Positions 48,700 through 59,900 of a DNA stretch of 64,000 bases are shown here, in pieces (position 1 is the first letter of the stretch; each line of letters opens with the position of its first letter). The stretch is from Paraspadella gotoi. Its lineage: Eukaryota > Animalia > Chaetognatha. The position numbers were made by a program, and so were the translations under genes. The notes under the pieces were generated by a model. The model was given only the letters and a program-made list of their open reading frames with translations, ran no database searches and had not been told where the DNA came from. The stretch is taken from assembly GCA_051294375.1 (NCBI GenBank), contig CM119264.1, forward strand, positions 5,077,045 through 5,141,044, written 5' to 3'.

Positions 48700-51600
48700 C
48701 CGAACCCGTGCCGCTCGCGCCGTGCCGGCCAATCTGCCCGCGGCGGCACAGCACAATTTCGACAACGCCGACCCCAATTGGTGGAAGAATTTCTTCCATG
48801 ATTTCGATCCCTTCAAAAATCCTTGGCTGCAGAAAAAGACCAACGACAACGACGACGACGACGACGAAAACAACGTCGCTAAATTTACGGTGAGAAAGAA
48901 TTTCCTTTTCCCTTTTGTTTTTCCTGATTGCCTTTTGAATTTCTCTCTCTCTTTCTCTCTCTCTCTTCCTCTCTTCTTCTCTCTCTCCTCTCTCTGCTCT
49001 CTCTTTATCTCTCCTCTACTCTCTCCTCCTCTCTCCTTTCTTTCTTCATCTTTCTTTCTTTCTTTGCTTCTTTCTCTTAGTCTTTCTTACTCTTTTCTTG
49101 TCCTTTCTTTCTTTCCTGGTCTCCTGTCTGCCGTGGTTTTCTCTTCTCTCTGTCCACTGTCCTGCCTTTCTAACTTAATCCTAACATTGTATAAACTGGC
49201 ATAATTTGGTAACGTGGCTGATATCAATTTGGTTAACTGTCCATATTATGCTCAAATCAGGCAATAATTTGGTCAACTGGCATAATTTTATCAAAAGTGG
49301 CATGAATTTGCATCAATTTGCAGAAGTTTGGTGCACTTTGAATAAATTTTGTCAACTAGCATAATTTTGTCGTTGAATTCAATTCAATCAATTAACAATC
49401 AATTCAAGTCAGCAGAGAGTAATTAGATGAGGAAACTATTAAAATTCAATAAATGTGTTTTGTTTTACTAATTTAAACTCTTTTTCCACTTCCTACGATT
49501 CCATTCATTAAATTTCCCTATCCCAGCTTAGCAATTATACTTCCACACCCACACACGAAAATTTCATTTCCAATCCATGCCATCCTATATCACGAGTAAT
49601 TGGACAAGTTTAATGAAAGGCTTGGGACGACACTTCTGGACCAGCAGAGACAGACGACGACGACGGACACGGGAACGACGCAATCTTTATTTGCACACAA
49701 TTTATCATAATTCGATTTTCTGACTGATGTGTAAATGAGTACCCGAACAAATTTGAGGGGACAGCGACGGACCCGACAAGAGTGGGATTATAGATTCCGG
49801 GAATCTGGCTTGAAGCAGATCTCGACTAAAAGTTAAAAAAAAAAAAGANNNNNNNNNNNNNNNNNNNNNNNNNCTTTCTTTCTTTCTTTCTTTCTTTCTG
49901 TCTCTGTCTGCCCGTTGGTTTTCTCTCTCTCTCTGTCCCTGTCCTGCTTTCTAACTTACTCTACATTGTATAACTGGCATAATTTGGTAAACTGGCATAA
50001 TTTGGTTAACTGTCATATTATGCTCAACCGGCATAATTTGGTCAACTGGCATAATTTTATCAAGTGGCATAATTTGATCAATTTGCAGAATTTGGTCACT
50101 TGAATAATTTTGTCAACTAGCATAATTTTGTCGATTAATCAATCAATCAATCAATCAATCAATCAGAGAGAGATAGATTGAAGGAAACTATTAAAAATTC
50201 AAATAAATGTGTCTTTTGGTTTTCTAATTTAAACTCTTTTCCACTTCTACGATTCCATCATAAATTTCTATCCAGCTTAGCAATATACTTTCCTACCCAC
50301 ACACAAAATTTCATTCCAATCCATGCCATTCTATATCACGAGTAAAGTAATTGGGAGTTTAAAATGAAAAGGTTGGGACGACACCTTCTGGACCAGACAG
50401 ACAACAGACCAGACGGACGGACGGACGGACGGACGGGAACGGAAACCGGACAATCATTTTATTTTTGCATCAACAATTTATCATAATTCGATGTTCTGAG
50501 CTTGAAAATGTGTAAATGAGTACCCAACAAATTTACGGGGGGGACAAGCGACGGACCGACAAAGTGGATATAGATTCCGGGAATCCTGTTAGAAGCAGAT
50601 CCACTAAAAGTAAAAAAAAAAAAGANNNNNNNNNNNNNNNNNNNNNNNNNNNNNNNNNNNNNNNNNNNNNNNNNNNNNNNNNNNNNNNNNNNNNNNNNNN
50701 NNNNNNNNNNNNNNNNNNNNNNNNNNNNNNNNNNNNNNNNNNNNNNNNNNNNNNNNNNNNNNNNNNNNNNNNNNNNNNNNNNNNNNNNNNNNNNNNNNNN
50801 NNNNNNNNNNNNNNNNNNNNNNNNNNNNNNNNNNNNNNNNNNNNNNNNNNNNNNNNNNNNNNNNNNNNNNNNNNNNNNNNNNNNNNNNNNNNNNNNNNNN
50901 NNNNNNNNNNNNNNNNNNNNNNNNNNNNNNNNNNNNNNNNNNNNNNNNNNNNNNNNNNNNNNNNNNNNNNNNNNNNNNNNNNNNNNNNNNNNNNNNNNNN
51001 NNNNNNNNNNNNNNNNNNNNNNNNNNNNNNNNNNNNNNNNNNNNNNNNNNNNNNNNNNNNNNNNNNNNNNNNNNNNNNNNNNNNNNNNNNNNNNNNNNNN
51101 NNNNNNNNNNNNNNNNNNNNNNNNNNNNNNNNNNNNNNNNNNNNNNNNNNNNNNNNNNNNNNNNNNNNNNNNNNNNNNNNNNNNNNNNNNNNNNNNNNNN
51201 NNNNNNNNNNNNNNNNNNNNNNNNNNNNNNNNNNNNNNNNNNNNNNNNNNNNNNNNNNNNNNNNNNNNNNNNNNNNNNNNNNNNNNNNNNAAGGGTAAAG
51301 ACCCGAAGAATGACGGCGGGAAAATGGGCGTGGCTCGAGATAAATGACTTTTCGAATCACGACGCCGATGATCGGATGGAAACGCCGACGGCTTTNNNNN
51401 NNNNNNNNNNNNNNNNNNNNNNNNNNNNNNNNNNNNNNNNNNNNNNNNNNNNNNNNNNNNNNNNNNNNNNNNNNNNNNNNNNNNNNNNNNNNNNNNNNNN
51501 NNNNNNNNNNNNNNNNNNNNNNNNNNNNNNNNNNNNNNNNNNNNNNNNNNNNNNNNNNNNNNNNNNNNNNNNNNNNNNNNNNNNNNNNNNNNNNNNNNNN

Positions 51601-53538
51601 NNNNNNNNNNNNNNNNNNNNNNNNNNNNNNNNNNNNNNNNNNNNNNNNNNNNNNNNNNNNNNNNNNNNNNNNNNNNNNNNNNNNNNNNNNNNNNNNNNNT
51701 CTCTGCATTTCTTCCATTTCATTCTAATTTCCTTTTCTCGCTCTGGTTTTTGGTTTCTTGCGAATTTTTCTCTCCTGATAAACTTCTTCATCTTCGTCCT
51801 TAACATAAAAAAAAAGGGATTTGTGAGTCTTGAGTCAGTGATTCACGTGATTCAGTCAGGATTTACATGTGATTCAGTAAGAATTTTTAGGCGATTCTAT
51901 AAGCCTTTTAACGTTATTCTGTAAGATGTTTCACATGATTCAGTAAGACTTTTGACTAGATTCACCGTGGCTTTCAATCCATTCAGTGAGGCTTTTCACG
52001 CCCTTTGACGACGGTGACTTTCGCGAGTTGAATTTAAAATTTATTCGAGGTTCTTTGGGTTCTAAACGTACAAGTTGACCCTATCCATAAAACGGGACCC
52101 CGCCATGAAAAAAATGTCCTTTTCCTGCGGTTTGACCCCATAAAAAACAACCGAGTCGCAAAACGACGATGCAAGTCGTAAACAGAAATCAATTCTATTT
52201 TTTTCTATATATATTTTTTATGTTACCGCTATTTTTAATCCCTTAGTTTTCTATAGTTAATTTTTTACATAATATATTATATAATATATATTTACTATAT
52301 AATTTTACTTACTTAAATGGTACTTTGAATTTAAGAATCAGTTTTATGACAAAATACCTATTTTAACCAAAGTGTCAAGAAAAAAAAATCAAGGTCTGCT
52401 TTCATCTCCGACGTTTTTCTCTCTTAAATTCCAAGGATCTTTGGCGCCCGATGTTTTTGGCTTGTGNNNNNNNNNNNNNNNNNNNNNNNNNNNNNNNNNN
52501 NNNNNNNNNNNNNNNNNNNNNNNNNNNNNNNNNNNNNNNNNNNNNNNNNNNNNNNNNNNNNNNNNNNNNNNNNNNNNNNNNNNNNNNNNNNNNNNNNNNN
52601 NNNNNNNNNNNNNNNNNNNNNNNNNNNNNNNNNNNNNNNNNNNNNNNNNNNNNNNNNNNNNNNNNNNNNNNNNNNNNNNNNNNNNNNNNNNNNNNNNNNN
52701 GAAACTTTTGAAAGGTTCCAATTTTTCCTTCAATCTGCTATTTAGTTTTTGCCTAGTTTTAATGTTAATATAATATTTATTTTAAAAAAGTTCTTTGTTC
52801 TTTGATTGTAAAGATGTTAAAAATCGCGAAAATATCACGAGCGATTTACCGTGGATTTAAATCTGCGATATAANNNNNNNNNNNNNNNNNNNNNNNNNNN
52901 NNNNNNNNNNNNNNNNNNNNNNNNNNNNNNNNNNNNNNNNNNNNNNNNNNNNNNNNNNNNNNNNNNNNNNNNNNNNNNNNNNNNNNNNNNNNNNNNNNNN
53001 NNNNNNNNNNNNNNNNNNNNNNNNNNNNNNNNNNCGAGTTGAAATTGCATTTCACGCCCATCAGAATCGCTCAGTTGTCGTCGTCGTTGTCGTCGTTGTT
53101 GTCGGCGTCTCTCCCTCCGGACTATGTCGGTCTGTCCGTCTGAATGAAATCCTGTCGTTGCAAACGTCAGTAAACAAAGAGAAACTATCCCCGTCCCACT
53201 TTCTCTACCTCAGCCCTCCAGGGAACTTGGGAGTGGGAGAACGGCGCCTGGCGATGGCATCACGTCGGTACTCACGGCGCCGCCCACGACCGCGACGCCG
53301 CGTCGAAGAACGCCGCGAGGTGAGGACTCGGCGCCCCATGGAAAGTTAGTTCCGAATCAGCTCTAGTACCAAATTGAGAAAATCTGTCTGAAGGCTCAAA
53401 ACGCGAGAAGAGAAGAAAATATAAGCAGAATGAAAGTTTTTTTTTAAATCCGTCTGAAGCGAAAAGAGAGGGAATGATATCAGGTCTAGTGATAAAAAAA
53501 TAGGAGAGAGAAAGAAAAGAAGAAAGAAATGATGAAAA

Positions 53539-53578
<40 letters not shown>

Positions 53579-54119
53579 GAGAAAGAAAGAGAGAAAGAAA
53601 GCGAAAAAGGAAAAGCGTTCTATTTTTTCTTATTTTCCCGCCTTATATTCGCTCTACATCCCGACTTTTCTCTCAGTTTCTCCAACTCCATTCCTTCGCG
53701 TAACTCGAACCCTTTCCCCGCCGCCACCGCCGACGCCACCGCCGACGCCGCCTGGTGGAAAAAATGGCGACAGCTCAACTCGGGGTCCGACGTTTACGGA
53801 ATAAATCACAAAAACAACAACAACAACCACAACTTTAAACCTCCAAAAAACATCGGGCGAGTCACAGGCAAAAGCAGCTACCATGACGAATTTCACAACA
53901 TCAACAATAACAACAACAACATCGATCACGGGGACCGTGGAACGCATCTGGGCGCCGGCGCCAAACACGACAACGACCACGACGACGACTATTACTACGA
54001 CTACGACGATGAAGACGATTTTCGTAGCGGCGAATTGAAAACTGGCGTCGGTAAAGCGTCGGGCGTCAGAGACGACAACGGCGGCGACGTTGTCGGTAAA
54101 AAAGCCGACAGGATTAAAG
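48700..54119 (+). CDS. Partial multi-exon gene for a Trp-motif, Asp/Asn/His-rich low-complexity protein
   Basis: AG/GT-bounded open exons at 48700-48889, 53214 (or 53222)-53319 and 53677-54119 (147 codons), plus a coding-like island between gaps at 51292-51395. The 53319/53677 junction is in phase (AG|T), and 48889 can join 53222 in phase 0. Start and end are not resolved. Confidence 0.65.
49965..50130. repeat. 18-bp minisatellite (AACTGGCATAATTTGGTY)
   Basis: About 9 units; a noisy duplicate lies at 49190-49370. Confidence 0.9.
50165..50612 (-). mobile_element. HINE family H1, minus orientation (noisy duplicate at about 49410-49832)
   Basis: TTCCTACCCACACACAAAATT core, (GGAC)n tract and AGCAGATCCACTAAAA terminus. 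Confidence 0.75.
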
Positions 54120-54238
54120 GTTTGTTTATTTTTCTGCATCAGGTGAAGAAGGTTTAAATCAAAATTGGTTTTTGTCTCTTGTCGGTTATTGCTAGTCTGA
54201 TTTTTTTCATTTTTTAACATTTCGTGACAGTATATATA

Positions 54239-54372
54239 TTAAGGCGGGCCAAAATTGATCACTTTTTATCATTAAGAGTTCTGTAATATAATATTCATTT
54301 GTTCATCACATACTTAATCAATATTTAATATCACTTTTTAACTAGTGAAGCACAGTATAACATTAAAGCATT
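54239..54372 (+). mobile_element. Family B MITE-like fragment abutting the truncated Gypsy element
   Basis: Matches 15426-15545. Confidence 0.7.
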
Positions 54373-54375
54373 TAG

Positions 54376-57300
54376 TGAATCTGACGGACAGATGCAAGCC
54401 CGTACAACCTTTGCTGGAGCTGGTCACAATTGGTGGATGAACAAGCTACCAATGGGAAGCGTCACAGTGTCAACGTCCTCCAGGCCATCCTGGATGAAAT
54501 CTTAAGGACTTGGGCACCGATGTCAAAGTTTTTTGATCTATGTTGATGACCTCATCCTCACAGCTAAGTCACCGGAAGATATGCGGCAAGGCTCCGTGAT
54601 CTGCTGCAAAAAATGCAGGGACGAAAAATGTGGTCCTCAAGTGGACCAAGAGCGTCCTGCTACGCAAGAGGACATCAAGATCCTTGGATTCAGCATATCC
54701 AAGAACAAGCTCATGCCTCAAAAGGAAAAGCCTTGAGGCAGTGGAGTCAATGCTCAAGAAACTGAAAACCCAAAAAGAACTAAGGGCAATGCTGGCTCCC
54801 TAAACTACTACAGATGTTTTACCCACCGCTTCTCGTACATGGCCCAGCCACTTCACGCACTGACACTTCTTAGATAAAAAGGACTTCACAACTCACCGTG
54901 AGCACCTGCAAATGCTGGCAGCAACTGGTGGAGGAGATCAAAACCTCGCCTGGGCTAAACTTCCTGAATGACTCACGATCAACATGGAACATACAGAATC
55001 TACGCGATGCCAGCACAAGTGCAATGGTGGGTTGATGACTGCCACTGCTGATGGTGTCGAGTATCCTCTATCCTTCACTCCAAGTCATTTCCAGAAGAAT
55101 ATAGGATAAAACATATAAACATTCTGAGACCCTGGCCTTCAACTGATGGTCAGGAAGTTCAAGGCCACACATGTGGAGGAGGGTCACACTTGTCACTTGA
55201 CTCACAATATTTAAGAGAGTGATGGACCTTCAGCATGACAGGCGCAAATTCTGCCAACAAACGTTTTAAGATGGATCACAGAGATCCGCCAGGAGTGCCA
55301 GCCCCAAGGAAGTCATTCTTGTCAAAAGTGAGGACAATCCTGCAGACTTCCTCACACGCTTACAGAACAGGTCAAGTCAACCACTGGACACCCCCTTCTT
55401 TCCAGCGGCTTTGATGTCAATGGCGAGTATGAACCTGGCTTTGCCGAGAACCCTATAAAGGAATATGAAAACGCCGAGCACCTTGACCTTGTGACGGGAC
55501 ATGCCCAACATTGGCACTAATGGCACAAACTCTACAGGAAGAACCGAAAACCTCAGAGTCAAGTTCTTTAAATTTGTGCGCCGAAGATTTGCTGAAAGAA
55601 GGTCAAACATCGAGAAGTTGTATGGTAAACGAAAACCAAAACGCCGACACCTTCATAAGGACCATCTCAGCAAAGGATTGGAGCTTGGCCATCCAGAGCT
55701 TGAACTGCTAAGTGAGATGACTGGGCATCACATTGGCATTTGGACGAGGACTCTGCCGCGAGAAAACTGGCTGCAATTTGAAAGGATATATGGTCCTCCA
55801 GAAGGTGACAGAAAAATCAAAATCTTTAGAACAATACCGGGCCAAGTCAGCCTTGTCAGCGATGAACACAATCAACCAACTCTCCGCCCCATCAAAAATG
55901 ACCAATCCAAAACAATTGAAGTAGCAACTTTAAGGCGGCCTGATCCCGTGGAAGGCCCAGGAGACTTCAGGTCAATGCCATCATGTCAAACACCCTCCCA
56001 GATGACCTTGTCAGCATACAGATGATAATGAAGAACACGCCCACCCTCAGGCATATACCCAAAATGGATAGCTGCTGTGGAGGGTTGAAACAAGATGGCC
56101 AGGCGCCGAGAGAAAAGTCATGGTAGACAGCACCCTGAGGCCGGACATCGATGCCACGGAGCTGAGGTCGAGGAGGAGATTGCTAAAACGCCCAAGAAAG
56201 AAAAGAAGAACTTGTCCCAATAGCCACTGAAGTTAAGGCATGGCAACAAGAAGATGAATCCTTCAAACTTGTAGTTATGCTCTCATAAAGCGATCAAGAA
56301 GGTGCAAAGAAAAAGCTTGATTAAAAAATGCAAAAAGGAAACAGTGACAGAAAAATATCTTCCAATTGCCATCGCGATCTGATGTACCAGCAAGGAATCC
56401 TCATCCTCAGGGGCTACAAAGCTGATGCTCCCAACAAGCAAATTTGTCGTCCCACCAAACAGAGCTGAGGAAATCACCAAGCAGCTCCACAAGCATTTTG
56501 GACATCCTGCCGAGACAGGAACAGCCTTCATCACAGCCCAATCATTCGCACCAGGATTGTCAGCAGCAGCAACAAAATGTTTAAGAAACTGTGAAACTGT
56601 GCCAAGGCTACTGATGCCCAAGCACAATGAGACACCCTCAGCACCCAACCTGGCCATTGCACCCTGGAATCCCTCAGCATTGATGTGATGCACCTCCCCC
56701 AGCGCTGGATATCATGTCACTAATGCATCTGAATAATGCATCTGCCTACACCTGGGCCATCCCCTGCGGCCGCGCAGATGCAGCGACAATCGTCAAGGCT
56801 TTGGAATGAAAAGATTTTTTGCAACACGTTCCTATTTAGACCGTAAACTTGATGGTGCCACACACTAAATGGAATTGCCATGAGATCAATATCAATCTAC
56901 TTGAATACAGTTGGCAGACGCGTATAGTGGGCCAAAGGACAGCAATAGGGCTGAGAGAGACATTGGCAGGATCCGCCAAGCCTGCCGCAAAGCTGTGGAA
57001 GACAAACCCAACAAATGGCTAGAGCAGCTTCCGCACCTAATGCTCTCCTCAACGCGACGCCCATAGTTGGAATGGAGACAGATATGTCGCCGCATGAAAT
57101 ACAGTTTGGTCACCGACCACGAATGTAAGAGCGCGGACGACTACACAAAAGAAATCTCATTGACTTTATCGACAAAGGGCTGATAAGCAGGAAAAGCACA
57201 AGCCAACTGGCAGAACAAAGACACAGGCTTTATCGCCAATCAGCACGGAGAAATCCCTACAGACGGCCACAAGACATCAAAATCGGGGACCTGGTACTCA

Positions 57301-57480
57301 CGAGGCGAGACCTGATAATGACAGGCGCTGCGCCAACTGAAACAGGTTAAACGGATTTATTCTGGGCCCCATAAAGTGATAGAAAAAGATGGAAATCACT
57401 ATACGTCATGATCGCCGGCAAAAGCATGAATATCACAGACGCCGGCTAAAGCTGCACACAGGAAAAGTGGCGCAGTAAAC
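54376..57480 (+). pseudogene. Degraded, 5'-truncated Ty3/Gypsy pol: RT - RNase H - inserted domain - integrase
   Basis: KLPMG and IYVDDLIL (RT, 54539); DAS and VKSEDNPADFLTRL (RNase H, to about 55365); HKHFGHP...CET(C) zinc finger (56487-56605); RAERDIGRI (integrase core Glu); YSGPHKVIEK (GPY/F-like, 57358). RT-RH-IN order indicates Gypsy. Many frameshifts. Confidence 0.9.
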
Positions 57481-57827
57481 CAACTGATTAGAAATAAAAC
57501 TGTAAATATTTTGTACATAGCCTTATCAACATGTAGATAATCAAATAGTTTGTGAATAAAGCTCATAATTTCGCAGCCGTAAATTAAACAACGAAATTGA
57601 AATCAGAACAAAAACTCAAAATAAACCCTAAGAAAGAAATTCAGTAAAAAGAATAATAATAACAACAAAAAACAAATGACTCTTTCTCAAGATGACAACG
57701 GAAACCGCTTTTCTTCAAAAGTCGCTAAACGATAATAGCGACGATAAGGAGACAAAGAGATCCCCTCCTTTAAAAGTCAAGACAGAAGCAACACTCCGGC
57801 TACCGACTGACCGCGTCGCCGTCATCT

Positions 57828-58160
57828 GAGGAGGGGGGGACGCATCACAGAGGAATGAACCCGGAAACAGAGGAAAGGATTAAGGAAGAGGATTCCGGAA
57901 GAGGAAGAAGATTCTGGAACGATTTCGAACGGGATTTTGGAAGCCAAATCAGAAAGGAACAATACTTTCCGGAAGAGGAAAAGAAGAGGAAGAGGAGGAT
58001 TCCGGAAGAGGAATCTGGCTTCGTCTACTTGTCCATTATAAATAGCCTCTGTTTCTGCTTTGATTCACTCTGTCTGAAAATTGACACCGTCTTCTCTTGT
58101 CTATTTTCTAATAAAATTCCACCTTGATTTCATATCGAAATCCCTGTCTTCTTACTTAAA
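57828..58160 (+). mobile_element. Polypurine tract and 3' LTR of the Gypsy element
   Basis: GAGGAGGGGGGGA (57828-57840), then a ~320-bp block with repeated TTCCGGAAGAGG, TATAAATAG (58037) and AATAAA (58110). The canonical TG start appears as CG. Confidence 0.7.
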
Positions 58161-58424
58161 TGATATATATATATACTTTATTTTTGTCAGGCGTTGCCGA
58201 TTCGTCTAAAAAAAACGAGTTTGTATAAGAGGGTATATTCCTTTCAGATGAGATAAATTTGTTATTTTCTTTCATTTCGTTGGTGTAAGTTTAAAAAAGA
58301 AAATATTGAATTTCACAACGAATTTTTGTTTTTAATTTGCATACATGTTCGAATAGTTTTCTATTCATGTCAGTGCAAAAACATTTTATGAAATTACAAG
58401 TTTAGGCAATATTAAAATTAAGTT

Positions 58425-58432
58425 TGAGAGAG

Positions 58433-58480
<48 letters not shown>

Positions 58481-58510
58481 TAACAGAGACAGAGAGACAG
58501 GCAGACAGAG
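58425..58510. repeat. (AG)n microsatellite
   Basis: Directly visible. Confidence 0.95.
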
Positions 58511-59709
58511 TCAATAAGATAAAGCTTCCAACAAAGGATTGAGGGAAAGTTGAACAACAGAAGGGAAGACAGCTGAGTTTTGAGGTCAGGATTGAAGAGT
58601 AGAGGAGGAAGATAGAAAATGAAAGGTCGAGGGAGAAAAGGTAACCCAGGAGGAGGGTGAATGAATTTAGGATTGGTAGCATTGCAGAAGTCGATGTACC
58701 ACAGCAATAAAAATATGTTTGACTTAAAATGGATGAAAGATGAGCAATAACGAAATTAAATAGATATGTGTAGATTATACGTTGTTGTAGTAGTTGGTAA
58801 TGGGTGAGAAGGAAAGTGAATTAGTGAGGTGAAAAAGAAAGTTAAAGAAAAAAGCTCAAAGTAAGCTGGCTGTGCTGACTGGCTGGTGTTGGCTGGCTGG
58901 CTGGCTGCAGGATGAAGGTCTTGTCGACATAAGGGATCGCGTTGGGTGCTTATTCCTTGACACCTCCGGTCACAAGGCAATGACCGTCCCATGACCAGCC
59001 CTAACCTGCACTGTGCGGCCTCACCTGACGGCGCTACGAAAGGAGTGTAGGGGGCCATCTCACTCAAGACCAGAGACCTTCGAAACCGACTAGTCATTAA
59101 TCTTTGTTAAATTTTGCGGTTGCATAGATATTAGGGTCGGAATAAAGTAAAAATTTAAGAGTTCTGTAATTAAATAATGTTAGAAGCATCGCCTGTGGGA
59201 TGACGAAATTAAAAAAAAATTAAGATTTTATGTATTGTTAATAACATAGAAAGCATTTTAAAGTTTATCTGTACTACTATATAGAATCGATCAAAATTTT
59301 TTTTCAAAATAAGAATTTTTAAAAACGTAGAGATTAAAAAAAAATATTACTACAAACGTTTCCAAATTTTTTTTATTGCTTAAAATTAGCAAAAACTATA
59401 AAAATTATGGTCCGACGATAATGATTTTAAAGAGTTTTTCAAAATATTGAAAAACGCATTATACTTTGTGTAGACAACTGTTTTATGGGCTATCTGAATC
59501 CGTTCTGAAAAAATAAAATTTTTTAGAAAAAATTTTTTTTATTGTCTATGCATTGATAAATATTNNNNNNNNNNNNNNNNNNNNNNNNNNNNNNNNNNNN
59601 NNNNNNNNNNNNNNNNNNNNNNNNNNNNNNNNNNNNNNNNNNNNNNNNNNNNNNNNNNNNNNNNTCCTAAATTCGCCTCCCATATAGCTTGGTGAAATTC
59701 AGCTCGTCC

Positions 59710-59900
59710 CGGTCCCTTTGGCTTGGACACCTAAGTACTCGTTCACCAACCGTGAGTTCCGGGTTCAATCTCCTCACGGTCACGCTGGTTAAAGTGTGAT
59801 GGTGTTGGCATAGACACGCCAGTGACATCGGGTATTCACTGCAGGTCCAAAGCCCTGAGCGCCACCTGTCGGGAGATGCCTCACACCCCGGCCATCACGT
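59710..59900 (+). mobile_element. Probable tRNA-derived SINE head and body
   Basis: A-box-like TGGCTTGG and B-box-like GGTTCAATCTC about 45 nt apart, with CCGTGAG pairing to CTCACGG, followed by a GC-richer body. Confidence 0.4.

Noticed and set aside
50516-53061. Long ORFs in the ORF track
   Set aside because: They consist mostly of N-gap X residues.
53654-54220. 188-aa Val-rich minus-strand ORF and the Thr-rich mucin-like plus frame
   Set aside because: Both are shadow frames of the splice-bounded N/D-rich exon 53677-54119; the Thr frame is interrupted by stops.
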